Part shown: in pieces, positions 35,021-45,997 of the stretch
Layout of the letters: each line of letters opens with the position of its first letter
Numbering within the stretch: position 1 is the first letter of the stretch
Source of the DNA: Trichosphaerium sp. ATCC 40318
Taxonomy: Eukaryota > Protista > Tubulinea
NCBI GenBank assembly: GCA_038496445.1
Contig: JALMLS010000157.1
Coordinates: forward strand, 1-45,997
Reading direction: 5' to 3'
Length of the DNA stretch: 45,997 bases
The notes under the pieces: generated by a model
What the model was told of the DNA's origin: nothing
The model's database searches: none
Seen by the model: the letters and a program-made list of their open reading frames with translations, nothing else
Translations under genes and position numbers: made by a program

Positions 35021-35973
35021 TTAGTATTTGGATGAAGGCGCCAATTGCTTGTTGGCATGATCCCAGTTAACTAATCCCCACCACTTGTTAATGTAGTCAC
35101 CTCTACCATTGCTATAATCCGCGTTAATAGAATGTACCAATAACTACAAACACTGAACAAAATATGCCAGAAGCTTACCGATAGTCAATGTAGTAAGCGT
35201 GCTCCCAAACGTCAAGTGTTAATACAGGTACCAAGCCTTCAGATAATGGGTTACCAGCGTCACTACGAGCAATAATTTTAAGATTATTATCACCATCACG
35301 GACAAGCCAAGCCCATCCCGATCTTTTATCACGTGTCAATACTAAAATATTTAAAAAAAAGTTTAAGCGTACCCAAAATGGGTTCCAGCAGCAGTGGTAA
35401 ATTGCTAAGACTATTGTCAGTATGAATAATAGCAAGGAAAAGAAGCTACAGTGTAACTATAAATGTACCGCTTTGAAATTCTCAAAAGAGCCAAACGAGC
35501 GTTCAATGCACTGCTTGATGTTACCTCTTGGCGCACCACCACCGTTAGGTGACCTAGGTTATGTTAAGAAGGTTAAGATTAATTGACATGTACATGGAGT
35601 TCCAGTAGAACGTGTGGTTGTAGATTTGTGCAGCCAAGTTGTAAGCTTTGCCAGTTTCGGTTTTAATGATTTGTTCGAGCGTTTTCTTGGCTAACGGTGT
35701 ACCATCTGCCAGTGCGTTCAATTTTCTAACGTAACTGTGGTTTCTCAGAGTTAGTACTACCTGTCACACTCTATCGTTGTTGGCTTGGTGTCGTAAAGCG
35801 TACCCAGCATGGTGTTTACCATAATGGTAGTTTAATGTCTCTTCAGAGATGGCTGGTTCAAGCGCACGTTTGTTGTAAGGCAGAGGAGGCAATTCGAAAG
35901 CGTCACTAAAAAGTCCGTTGAAAACAAAAGTTTTTGAAAGGTATTTTTATTGATACCTTTCCGCGGAGGCCAT
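35021..35973 (-). CDS. sodB: Iron superoxide dismutase (multi-exon)
   Basis: [31 protein letters not shown] (Fe-type AAQ), [21 protein letters not shown]. Confidence 0.95.
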
Positions 35974-36297
35974 TTGGGAGTTCACGTAGAAGTACAGACC
36001 AAGAGAAGCTGATGTTAAAAGAAGAGGGCACCAAAACGATGCTCCTAACGTCAGTTCGTTAACGATGTAATCACTAGGTTAAACGTACGTGTAGTTTGGG
36101 TTTGAAGTGAAGGCGCAACAAAATGAGTACGTGTAGTTTTAACGCGCTTTTTTTGTTGGTAATGATTACGTTTGTTGTGGTGTGATCGAGCACCTATCCT
36201 GCAAGTCAATCGAGACAACATTTACAAAAAAGAAAGGTCAACAATTCAAAGTGGGTCTTCAACAACCTTTTTAGTCAGTTTCCTCATTACTTGAACA

Positions 36298-37614
36298 ATG
36301 GAAGTGATTGCGAAGGTGGTTGGTTTGGCCAAAAAGGCAGATGATTTTATTGAAAACGCTATGGTTGAGCACGGCGGTACTGTTTTAGTGTTGGTATTTT
36401 TTTGCTGACCGTATGCAAAGATGACCGCGTAAAGGACTGGCCATTGATGAGCTCTCCATGGTGCGTAACAGAGTCGCTAAATTGCAATATGTTTTGGAGA
36501 AAGCAAAAAAATTAACTTACACTACTCCAAAGGTACACGATTTACTTGTCCATCGCCTATGTTATCATCGTCATGCTTGGTACCTGGATTATGAAGAACA
36601 GAAAGCCTTTTGAACTGCGTATTCCTTTAATTATTCACAACGCCATTCTCGTATTCGTCAGTGGCTACATGTGTTTTTACGTTGCCTACGAAGCTCTTTT
36701 CAAGCTCGGGTATGGTTTTGTAATGAATCCAGTTAACTACGGTCCTGAAGGACTCCAGGTACGCAACACAACCTTAAAAACCGACATGAGATTTTAGCAA
36801 GAACAACTTTTCTTGTTACGCCTTTATTTTCATACGTAACGCAACGCAAACAGTCGTATTACACTACTTTGAATTAATTTTATTGGTCTTAATGCCTAGT
36901 TTAGATGGCAAAAGTTATGTGGTTGTTTTACTTCTCAAAGTCGTTGGAATTCGGTGATACCGTACGTTGGTGGTATTGTAAAATAGGCCTAACTGATTTG
37001 TGTTTCAGTTTTTCATGATTCTTCGGAAAAAAAATAATCAAGTATCGTTTCTCCATCTCTACCATCACGTATCAGTCTTCTCATTATGGTGGGTTGGTGC
37101 CAGATTTACCGCTGGTGGTGAAGGTAAATAACAGACGTTTTTGTTATTTTTTGCGTTTTGATTGAATGGTTCAATTCTAACAAAGCTTGCTTTAGCTTGG
37201 GTTTCTGTCGTTCAAAACTCTTTTGTACACGTAGTTATGTATTCATACTACTGCCTTACAGCTATGGTACGTTTTTTAATTCAAATTAACGCCTCTCATT
37301 GTTGTTTACACTTGTTTATAGGGCGTCAAGAACTTGTGGTGGAAGAAATACCTTACTCAATTACAAATGGGCCAATTTTTTATCAACATGTTCCATGTGT
37401 CAGTTGGTACGTTTATAAGACCTCCGTTTTAATTTTGTTACACGTAGATTCTCGCACTGTACTTACGTTTTTTTTTCTCAAAGCTCTATACGTCAATTCT
37501 CCTTTCCCACGCTGGATGGCCTATGCTATGGATACCTACATGATCTCTTTGCTCTTGTTGTTCCTTAACTTTTACCAAAAGCGCTACACTGCAAGCCAAA
37601 AGAAACACAACTAA
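36298..37614 (+). CDS. ELO/GNS1/SUR4 family fatty acid elongase (multi-exon)
   Basis: [75 protein letters not shown]-terminal KKxx. Confidence 0.95.
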
Positions 37615-37828
37615 TAAAGTGTTATTTATTGGGTTGAAGAACAACCATTATAACTGCGTAAAGAAAGTTGTAGATTAACAAATGAATTAAAAAAAGAGCC
37701 CGATCAATTATTTTTTACCAAAACAAGTGTTTTTGATTGCGTTTTAAACTCTAACTTAACCGTTTCGAATAGCGTTATTTGTTCTATAACCCCAACGTGC
37801 ATTGTTGCCATGCTAGAATACATCACAT

Positions 37829-40800
37829 ATGGCTGAAATCGAGCGAAATACTGGCTCTAGTGACCAAAATGCTCGCGATTTGGGGCGGAGCCTAAAAAAT
37901 ATATTACGCACCACACAACAGATAAACCGTGATGTTCAGCAATTACAGGCAGTTTTTGAAAATGCTCAAGCGGCAGTACTTGAACAGGTGGTCCAAGAAA
38001 CGTCTTTGATACTGCGAGAGCGTTGCGATCACCTTATAGCATCTATGGCGCATTACGGTGTGTATTCATTTCTTTATTTCAGACAGAACTCTTCTTCTCA
38101 TTTTTGACAAACATAGACGAAGAGGGCATTGAGCAACTAAGAAAACAAATGCAAGCGTTTACACAAATTGTGCACGGCCTCATTTTCGCCAGTTGCGCAG
38201 CCATTGGCGCTGATGACGCAGAAAAGGAGGAATCAAAGGTACTTTCCTATTTCCAAAATGTTTATCAACAGCTTTTTAGTACAAAGTGTTAGAACACACC
38301 AGTGCTGTAGCCATGCAAAGCAAACTGCTTATTACAGCTTCAAGAGTACGTCGATAATTGTTTGTCGCGTCTGACAAAAAAAAAACCTAACTAACACCTC
38401 TCCCTTAGACCATTCAGCGCGATCTTGGGCTTGTTGAGGTACGATAAGCGATTTAAGTTTTTGTGGTATAATTAAAATGTATTTAGACAAAAATGAAAGA
38501 CATTCTAAAACAAGTGGTAGACATTGTACAAGCATTACAAGTACGTAAACATTGATAGTTTTTTTAGTGACATTTTTATTGACTTTTTCATTTAGAAGTT
38601 ACGCGCAGAAGTTATGGGTGGTGACACACAAAGTGGTGGTTTCGAAGAGGCATGGAACGAGTGTGTAGATGCAATAGATGAATTATATGACGCACTCTCA
38701 CCAAACTTTCCAAATTACGCAGACATGATCAAGGTAAGATACATTTCTTTTTGTTTGGAATTGTACCGCTTTTTTTTTGGAGTTTGTGAAAGCTTATCTT
38801 GAGCTACTAGGACACTATTGATTCTACTTTGCAAATTGTAAAGATAGCATACGATAGACAAACTGATATTACAACTGCAAATATGGAAGAATGGATGCAC
38901 AAATGTTCTGACCGAATGAAAGAGATGATTGGTGATGTGCAACATAAAAAAGACCTCATGGCCGTACGTGAATGTTACATTTATTTCCTTCAACATAGAA
39001 ACATTAATGAGCTTGTTAGAGAAGATCATCTACAGGAGAAAATGAAGATCAGAACGTAAGTTGCATGTTATTTTGAGACCAACTTTTGTTAATTTTTTTC
39101 TAGCTAGATGCCAACAGAGAAGGTTTGAATATTAATCTCTCAGAATGTATGTCAACTAAGTATTTCACTAGATCAAGGTGTTGCAGTTCCGACTATTACA
39201 GTTAAAGAGGAATCGCCTCAAATTGATACAGTTGGTAGCCATAATGTGCCTCAAGAGTCTTTTAAAAATATAAGCGACGATCATTCTGATCATTTAGCTG
39301 AAATTGAAAGTCAAGTTTTCAGTGAAGATGCAACTGATGTGGTTCCTGGTCCTGGTACTAGTATGCATTCTTTAGCTGCTAATGAAAAGCAAATAAAAGT
39401 TCAACCTATTAATGTACGCTTCAAAGACAATAACAAGATACTAATATTATAATCGTAGATGGCCAAACTAAGAACCAAGCCTGAAGTAAGTTTCTTTCTA
39501 CCTCTTTTAAATCAAGCACGCATTTGCGGTAAGATAATTATAAATAGGTTCCTAGCAGAGTAGCAGCTTCAATAGCTTCACCTACAGGACCGAGTATGTC
39601 TATAGACTCCGATCCAATTGGATTTGTTCTTATTTTTTTCCTCTGTAGGAGCTTTCAGTCCGGTTACATCACCTAGGTCATCTCCAATTCCTAAAAGAAG
39701 GGATATACAATCAGCTCGACTGCCTGAAAAAACGACATCTCCAAGAGGTAAAGAATCAATCATTTCATAATGATAAATAACTGTACAATTAGTAAAGCCT
39801 CCTCTTCCTCCTCTCCCTTCAGAACCACAAAGTCCAAAAAGACCAAGGCGAGAATCTGCACCAACACCACGTAGACCTGCTCCAATACCTCCAAGAAAAA
39901 CAAGTAATTCTGGAGCGACCCCTTGGCAGGTAATGATAACGAGATAGTTTGCCTTTCTAATATTAATGTGTTTTAGCGTGTACATCCAAAGCAAACACTT
40001 GCAGGTTCACGAAAAGTGCCTACCTTGCCACTTTTGTCTCCTCAAGGTGTAAGACCTCCGCCTGTTCCAGCTCGCCCAAAGAGATCTCCAAGGACACATA
40101 GAGCGCCTCCAAGAATTCCTGCCAAAGTAAAGGTATGCATACTACTGTTTGGAATAGTTTTACAGTGTCTATTTTAAGGTGTTGTGCTCACATGTATTTT
40201 GTAGTTTGAAAAATTAGATGATCCAACTGTTGATTTATTTGAAGCTACAAACACTCCAGAGACTATCGTCTTTGCTAGTGATGAGAAATTAATTGTTGCA
40301 AGTGCTTCGTTACCTAAGCTCATTCAACGGCTTACATACGATTTATATCCAGGTAAACAAAAAGAGCAGTTTCGTTTGTGTTTTTTTCTTGTTTTTTGTT
40401 TTTATGTGTTGTTGTTTATTCTGACTTTATTTTAGATAACGATTTTGTAAATACATTCTTGCTTACATTTAGATTGTTTACAAATGAAAGTGAAGTTCTA
40501 AAACTGTTGACATTACGGTATAAGCAAAAGAAGTGATCATTCAGTTTTCTGACTTGTATTACTAGGTGGCACAGTACACCTCCTAAAAATGTTGAATTGT
40601 CGTTTTGGACATCCGGACGTTTAGCACGCATTCGCCATAGGTAAGTATAGCCATCTATACCAGATTACTCATAACTAGCGAAAAGCAAAACAAGATCATT
40701 AATTCTATTTTGTTAATTTTATAAATAGGATTTCGAAAGTGCTACGTATTTGGGTTGATGAACATTATAAAGACTTTAAAGCAAATCAACAAGCTGAGCA

Positions 40801-42193
40801 ATTACTTCTTAGTTTAGTTAATGAAGTGAAAGGTCAATTTCCTGAAACTGGTGCTGAGTTATTAGGCTTAATTGCTCGTAGGGTTAGTACCATATATTTT
40901 TTTTAAATCTATTTCTGTTTAGTTTAAACACTCATACAACTGTTTAGCAACAAGTTGTCAGAGACGCAGTTGTGCTTAACTCAACTAGAAAGGCACCAAA
41001 ACCTCTGTTACCAAAGAGTAGTAGGTATGTATTGTAGAACAAGGATAACGAGTGAGCTTTTTTATTGACGTTCTTTTTAAGGGTGACAATGAAGGATTTC
41101 AATCCAACAGAGTTTGCCAGGCAATTAACACTTGTTGAGCATGAGTTATTCAGAGATATCCAACCACATGAACTTTTAGGTATGCCTCACAGCATGGAAA
41201 CATCAATCTTGTAAATGTGTATCTAAACTATTTTTTGTAGGGCTCACGTGGACAAAAGATAAAGATGCTTCTGCAAATATTCACAACCTCATTCAGTGGT
41301 CAAATCATGTACGTTGATAACATTTCTCTATTTTTGTCACGGAGGCATCCTCTTAACCTTGACAAAAAAAACTTTGTTTTAGTTCTGACCGTACCCTTTT
41401 CTTTCCCTCTTCTCTTGCTTCTCTGGACTTATTTTGTGTTTATTAGGTTATAAACTTTCTCGCTTGGGAAATTGTATACCCTGAGGATATAAAGCAACGT
41501 GCTCTTGTTCTAAAGAACATTATTGTAATGTCAAAGAAGCTTGTAAAGCTTCAGAACTTTAATGGTGCCTTTGAAGTATTATCTGCTTTACGATGTGCAT
41601 CTGTACATAGACTTACAGAAACTTGGAATGTACGTTTGCATACTTGTTACTTGTACAGAGCAGGCCTGAAAACCTCTTTTTTGTTGATGTTTTTTTTGTT
41701 TATTTACATGTTTGTTGTAGCAACTCACAGCGGAATATTTCGAGATTTATGGAGAAATTGAAGCTTTATTTGAGACTGATGATAATTTTAAATGCTACAG
41801 GGAAGCACTTGATAAAGTGGAACCACCTGCAATGCCATTTTTTGGTACGTAAACCCAAAAGCAATTTAAAAAAAAGCTTTAGCTTAGCTACTTTGATTCT
41901 GATTTCTTTTGTTAACTTTTTATCTAGGGAGATACCTTACTGATCTTACAATGCTTGAAGAAGCACAAAAGACAATTGTTCCTGCTACAGGACACATACA
42001 TTTTGGTAAAATGACTCTTATTTCGGCGTTGATATCTGGCATTCAATTTAATCAAATGCACACTTTTAACTTTGTTAAAGTTGATATTATTCAACATTAT
42101 ATGCGAAATGCAACTACTCTACAAGAGAAGGAGTTGTATCAATTGTCTATTAAGCGTGAAGCAAGAAAAGGTGGAGGTCCAAAAGCTTCCTAA
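37829..42193 (+). CDS. RasGEF (REM + CDC25 domain) with N-terminal helical region and Pro-rich linker (multi-exon)
   Basis: ASLPKLIQRLT, FVNTFLLTFRLF, PTEFARQLTLVEHELFRDIQPHEL, QNFNGAFEVLSAL, PPAMPFLGRYLTDLT. PxxP-rich segment ~39500-40130. Confidence 0.9.
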
Positions 42194-42614
42194 GCGTACG
42201 TCAACCAGGTTTATGTTTTCTACTTTTCTTATTTTTTTCTTTGCTCAGTTTTATCCAGCTTGCTTGTTATCTATAGGCTTAACTCTTTCAGTTTGTACAC
42301 AAAGATGAAAAAACTAAATAAAAATAAAATTGGTGTAAAAGAGTTACGAAATAAATAACTTGTGGCTATTTGGTTATTTTTTTACCTGACTACTTTGTCC
42401 ATTACTGTGTAGGTTCTCCAAAAAAGAGCTCTTTACTGTATACCATATTCCCCTGTCATGTATTTGCAAGCTTAAGCTAGCATACTAGTATTTACTAAAA
42501 GAAACGTAAGCGGAGTTCAATCAATTTCCATTTAAGGCTTGACTTGATTGATTGTATAAAAAAAAAGCGAAGAAAATTCAATTTGCAAAACAAAATAACA
42601 CACCGAATCGTACA

Positions 42615-43234
42615 ATGAAACCAGTAAAGAGGGTAAAACTAATTTACCTGTTTAATTAATTCAAACAAAAAAGTAGGTACTGGCAACCGCAAACGTTCAA
42701 GGTATATCTGTACTAGAGTTGCCTACAGAACTCCACAAAGAAATGATGGAGCTGGGCAACTCAGTTTTTTTAAAATGGCCTTTGCTGTCTAAACATACAG
42801 CAACAACAACAAGATTTAGCGCACGACTCGAGAAGCATGGGAAATGGGTTAAACCAAGGAAGGGCAACCTCCCAAAAAATAAATTAGCTGAAGAGCACTG
42901 GGAAAATGGACTCCAGAACGGCAAGTGCAAGGAGGGGCACAATAATGACCAATTGAAGAGAGAATATAGTGTCGTCAATGGTACCATTGAAGGAGAATAC
43001 ATAGAGTGGCACCACAACGGCGTGATAGCTATTAAAACCTACTATCGCCATGATAAGATACATGGCAAGTACCTCAAGTGGGCGTGTAGTAAGGCTAAAC
43101 TCGAGCAGGCCACTTTCGTAGATGGCAAACGTCATGGAAAATGCTCCAAGTGGTTTTTCGGCAAGCGTGAACTTGTTGCAAATTATAACAATGGCGTACG
43201 AGTAACTGCTGTAGAGATTTGTGATTTGAAGTAG
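42615..43234 (+). CDS. MORN-variant repeat protein with F-box-like N-terminus (paralog of 22939-23925)
   Basis: MKPVKR|VLATANVQGISVLELPTELHKEMMELGNSVFLKWPLLSK followed by G..HG/NG...W repeats. One short 5' intron. Confidence 0.85.
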
Positions 43235-43349
43235 CAACTCACACACAGCAAAGTCACGTTTAATAAATCACCAAAAACGGAGTGTTTACAAAAATCAGAG
43301 TTTTAATCAATCACTTTTAATGATGTGTTTTTGGATACTAGTTTGTCTA

Positions 43350-44918
43350 TTATAGGCATGGTACTCCCTTGTACGACTGCTTCAAACAACAATGTATAAA
43401 CAAGTGATCATAGTGAACAATACTAACGCCTTGTAAGTCTTTATAACATCTTGCATTGATATGGGTCATGTCAGCAAAAGAAAAAACACCTTTATAAAAC
43501 AATTCAGTAATTTTTGCATGAGTGACGTCTTCACAATCATTAAGGCCAATAGTATGTACCCCGGCAATTGCCTCAATACCTTCACCTGTAACAGACGTGC
43601 TATCAAGGTTGATGGCATAAACTCCAGCGAGTGCTTTGATGCCCTCATCTGTCACTAAAGTGCGAGAAAGGTCAATGGCATAAACACCTGCAAGTGCTTT
43701 AACTCCTTCATCTGTAACAGCTGTATCTCCAAGATGTATAACATGAACACCTGCCAGAGTTTTTATACCTTCATCTGTCACTGATGTATTTTGGAGGTGT
43801 ATAGTATGAACACCCTTTAACGATTTGATACCTTCATCTGTCACTGATGTATTCTGGAGGTCTATACTGTGGACACCTTTTAAAGCTTTGATACCTTCAT
43901 CTGTTATATTTGTGTAAGCAAGGTCAATGGTATGAACGCCATTTAAATACTTTAGGCCTTCATCTGTCACTTGTGTACAATCCATAAGATCAATTGTATG
44001 CACACCTTTGAGTGATTTAAGGCCTTCATCTGTTACTTTACATCCAAAAAGGCTTATATCATGAACACCCTCCAGCTCTTTGATGCTTTCATCTGTTGCT
44101 GCAGTGAGAGAAAGATTAATAGTGTGCACACCTCTTAAACACTTGATGCCTTCATCTGTTATATTTTTACAATCTGCAAGACGAATGGAATGAACTCCAG
44201 AGAGTGCCTTAAGATCGTTATCATTAATAACATTATTGTCACGGGATACAATTCTCAAGTGCCCTGTAGCTATGTGGCGGCATCCAGATAACAATGAATA
44301 CAGAGTGTTGTTTTCAACTTCCATAATGACTGTACTGTTATTCATTATGCCTTTGTACTGTCTTATCTTTAGGATATCTGGAATGTCATAGATATATATC
44401 TTTTTGTATCCAACCACTTGGTGGATAATGTCAGCCATCAAATGACACGATTGAGCAACACTGAACCTTGATTTTGCATCTGTATGATTCAGAATAGTTG
44501 CAATAACCTCTGGAGGAAACTTGACAATATCATGATGTGTGCATGTTGTTGTCTGTGTCTGTGACCTTTATGGTTGCCTCGTTGTTAGTAACCTCTACTT
44601 GAGAACAGGTCATACGTACCCTCTTGCTTGTTTTAGTTTTGGTGCATGTATGCCCTCAGATTGTCCTGTGTGCACTTGTTCTGGTAAGCTATGGTTACCA
44701 GACTGTTCTTTGTGGCGTTTGGTTGCATTAACTTCTGTATCTATGTTTTTAAAGAGGTATTCTTCTAGTTGTTGTACAAGTCTCGCATTTGCAACGTTTA
44801 AGATACTTTCAAGTTGATTTATGAATACTTCTCGTTGTTTTGTAATTATTACGCCAAACTCTTCTGCATAATTATTACAATAGTACGCGATAGCTTGCTC
44901 TACTGAAACCAATTTCAT
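43350..44918 (-). CDS. F-box-like + leucine-rich repeat protein (2 exons)
   Basis: ORF 44610-44918 joins via a phase-2 GTACGT..AAG intron (~44568-44618) to DIVKFPPEVIATIL..RFSVAQSCH (F-box-like) and ~11 near-perfect 21-22 aa LRRs (LKGVHTIDL..TSVTDEGIKA). Confidence 0.85.
43530..44215 (-). repeat. Coding tandem repeat, 63-66 bp unit (LRR units)
   Basis: CCTTCATCTGT(C/T)AC-type block recurs at ~63-66 bp spacing. Confidence 0.9.
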
Positions 44919-45318
44919 GTTGTTCCAATGAAACGCCCGTGAAAATTCAAGTAGTGAAACGGCCTTAACTAGTCTTCTTTAAAGACATTAAGTCATCGGC
45001 CTCAATGCAACAAATGTGTTGTGGTAAGAATAGTACTCCACAATAAATTGTGTCAAATTCTTTTTTGCTATTTTACCAGGGCAACACATTTCCGTCAACA
45101 ATGATGAGTTGTAAGTCCTTGACCTCTGCCTCTCGACGTTCACAACGCTTGCGATACTGACTTCTCGGTGGACCACGAGGGTTTTGCCAATTTCAGCAAA
45201 AACAGAAACATCATAGATAGCACAAAAAATCAGTTGAAATGCATTGTACATGTACAGACAGCAATTAAAAGCTTTAGGCTAAACTATTTTATTTACATTC
45301 GCTCAGATTCATACAAAG

Positions 45319-45997
45319 CTAATCAAGGAGTGGTGTATTTGGATGTACCATCAAGAATCTAAAATAAAATAAATGATAAAGAAATTACTCCACAAAATTC
45401 CAAGTTGAGAAAAAAATAACTCGGGCTGTCAGGTTTAAGGTACCTATTGTCTTTATCTTTACTATCCGATACAGCAATCAACAAGTTATCAGCATCAACA
45501 AGTCGATTTAAAACGAACTGTAAAATGTACACTTGCTGTTTCAAAGCCTTTTCACTCTCCGGCTATAAAAAAGTCAGACGAAATACAAAAAAAAACATAT
45601 CAATTCCCAGCAGTCTGTTCATCTTTTTTTGCTTTAAAACCTTTCACAAACTTACCACACCATGTTCCTTGATATACCAATCAACTACCTCTCTTTGTCG
45701 TAAACCTACCAAGAACATTAGAACTTTTAAGATGGAAATAAACAACGTACCTTCGTAGTCAGCACTCTTATGCTCTTCTTCTCGTAATCGGTGAACGACA
45801 ATACCAGCGATACGATTATACTCTTCACGACTAATCTTAAGCTTCACCTTACGTTGTCTAGGGGCTCGTTTTGGTGCATTGGCAGGTCTGTTCTCTTTGT
45901 CAACATCCATTGCATCAACAGGTGGTGCATTGGCTGTGGTTGGTGGAGCTTCAGCTTCTGGTTGTGGTGCAGGAGATTTCTCACTACGTATAACAAC
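45319..45997 (-). CDS. MCM6: 3' end of MCM6 (C-terminal winged-helix domain), partial
   Basis: KISREEYNRIAGIVVHRLREEE..GLRQREVVDWYI..VLNRLVDAD..L..RFLMVHPN matches the MCM6 C-terminal domain pattern. Gene continues beyond the window. Confidence 0.8.

Noticed and set aside
44988-45362. ORFs between the F-box/LRR gene and MCM6
   Set aside because: No motifs. Consistent with 3' UTR/intergenic sequence.
10655-45997. Alternative genetic code to explain fragmented ORFs
   Set aside because: In-frame stops are all removed by ordinary short introns, and TAA, TAG and TGA each end a gene here.

Overview
Compact, intron-rich (mostly 40-70 nt GT-AG introns) nuclear genomic window from a protist, probably an amoebozoan (inferred from gene families; not certain). 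Positions ~70-7130 hold one complete, extremely divergent rDNA unit on the minus strand (SSU-ITS1-5.8S-ITS2-LSU), with a GC-rich core and several large AT-rich insertions. Upstream (7150-8650) is a strongly structured ETS/spacer carrying an interleaved array of two hairpin motifs with compensatory base changes. From ~10.6 kb the rDNA abuts tightly packed protein genes, in order: PAK/STE20 kinase; a Trp-rich tandem-repeat protein with a C-terminal PD-(D/E)xK/RAP-like domain, head-to-head with a T4 Rnl2-family RNA ligase; a PARP; an F-box-like/MORN-variant protein; a secreted clan GH-D-like hydrolase; a CaMK-DUF4139 fusion; WDR59/Sea3; Fe-SOD; a fatty acid elongase; a RasGEF; a second F-box-like/MORN-variant protein; an F-box/LRR protein; and the 3' end of MCM6. 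All gene models were spliced by eye, family calls rest on recalled motifs rather than database searches, and boundaries are approximate.
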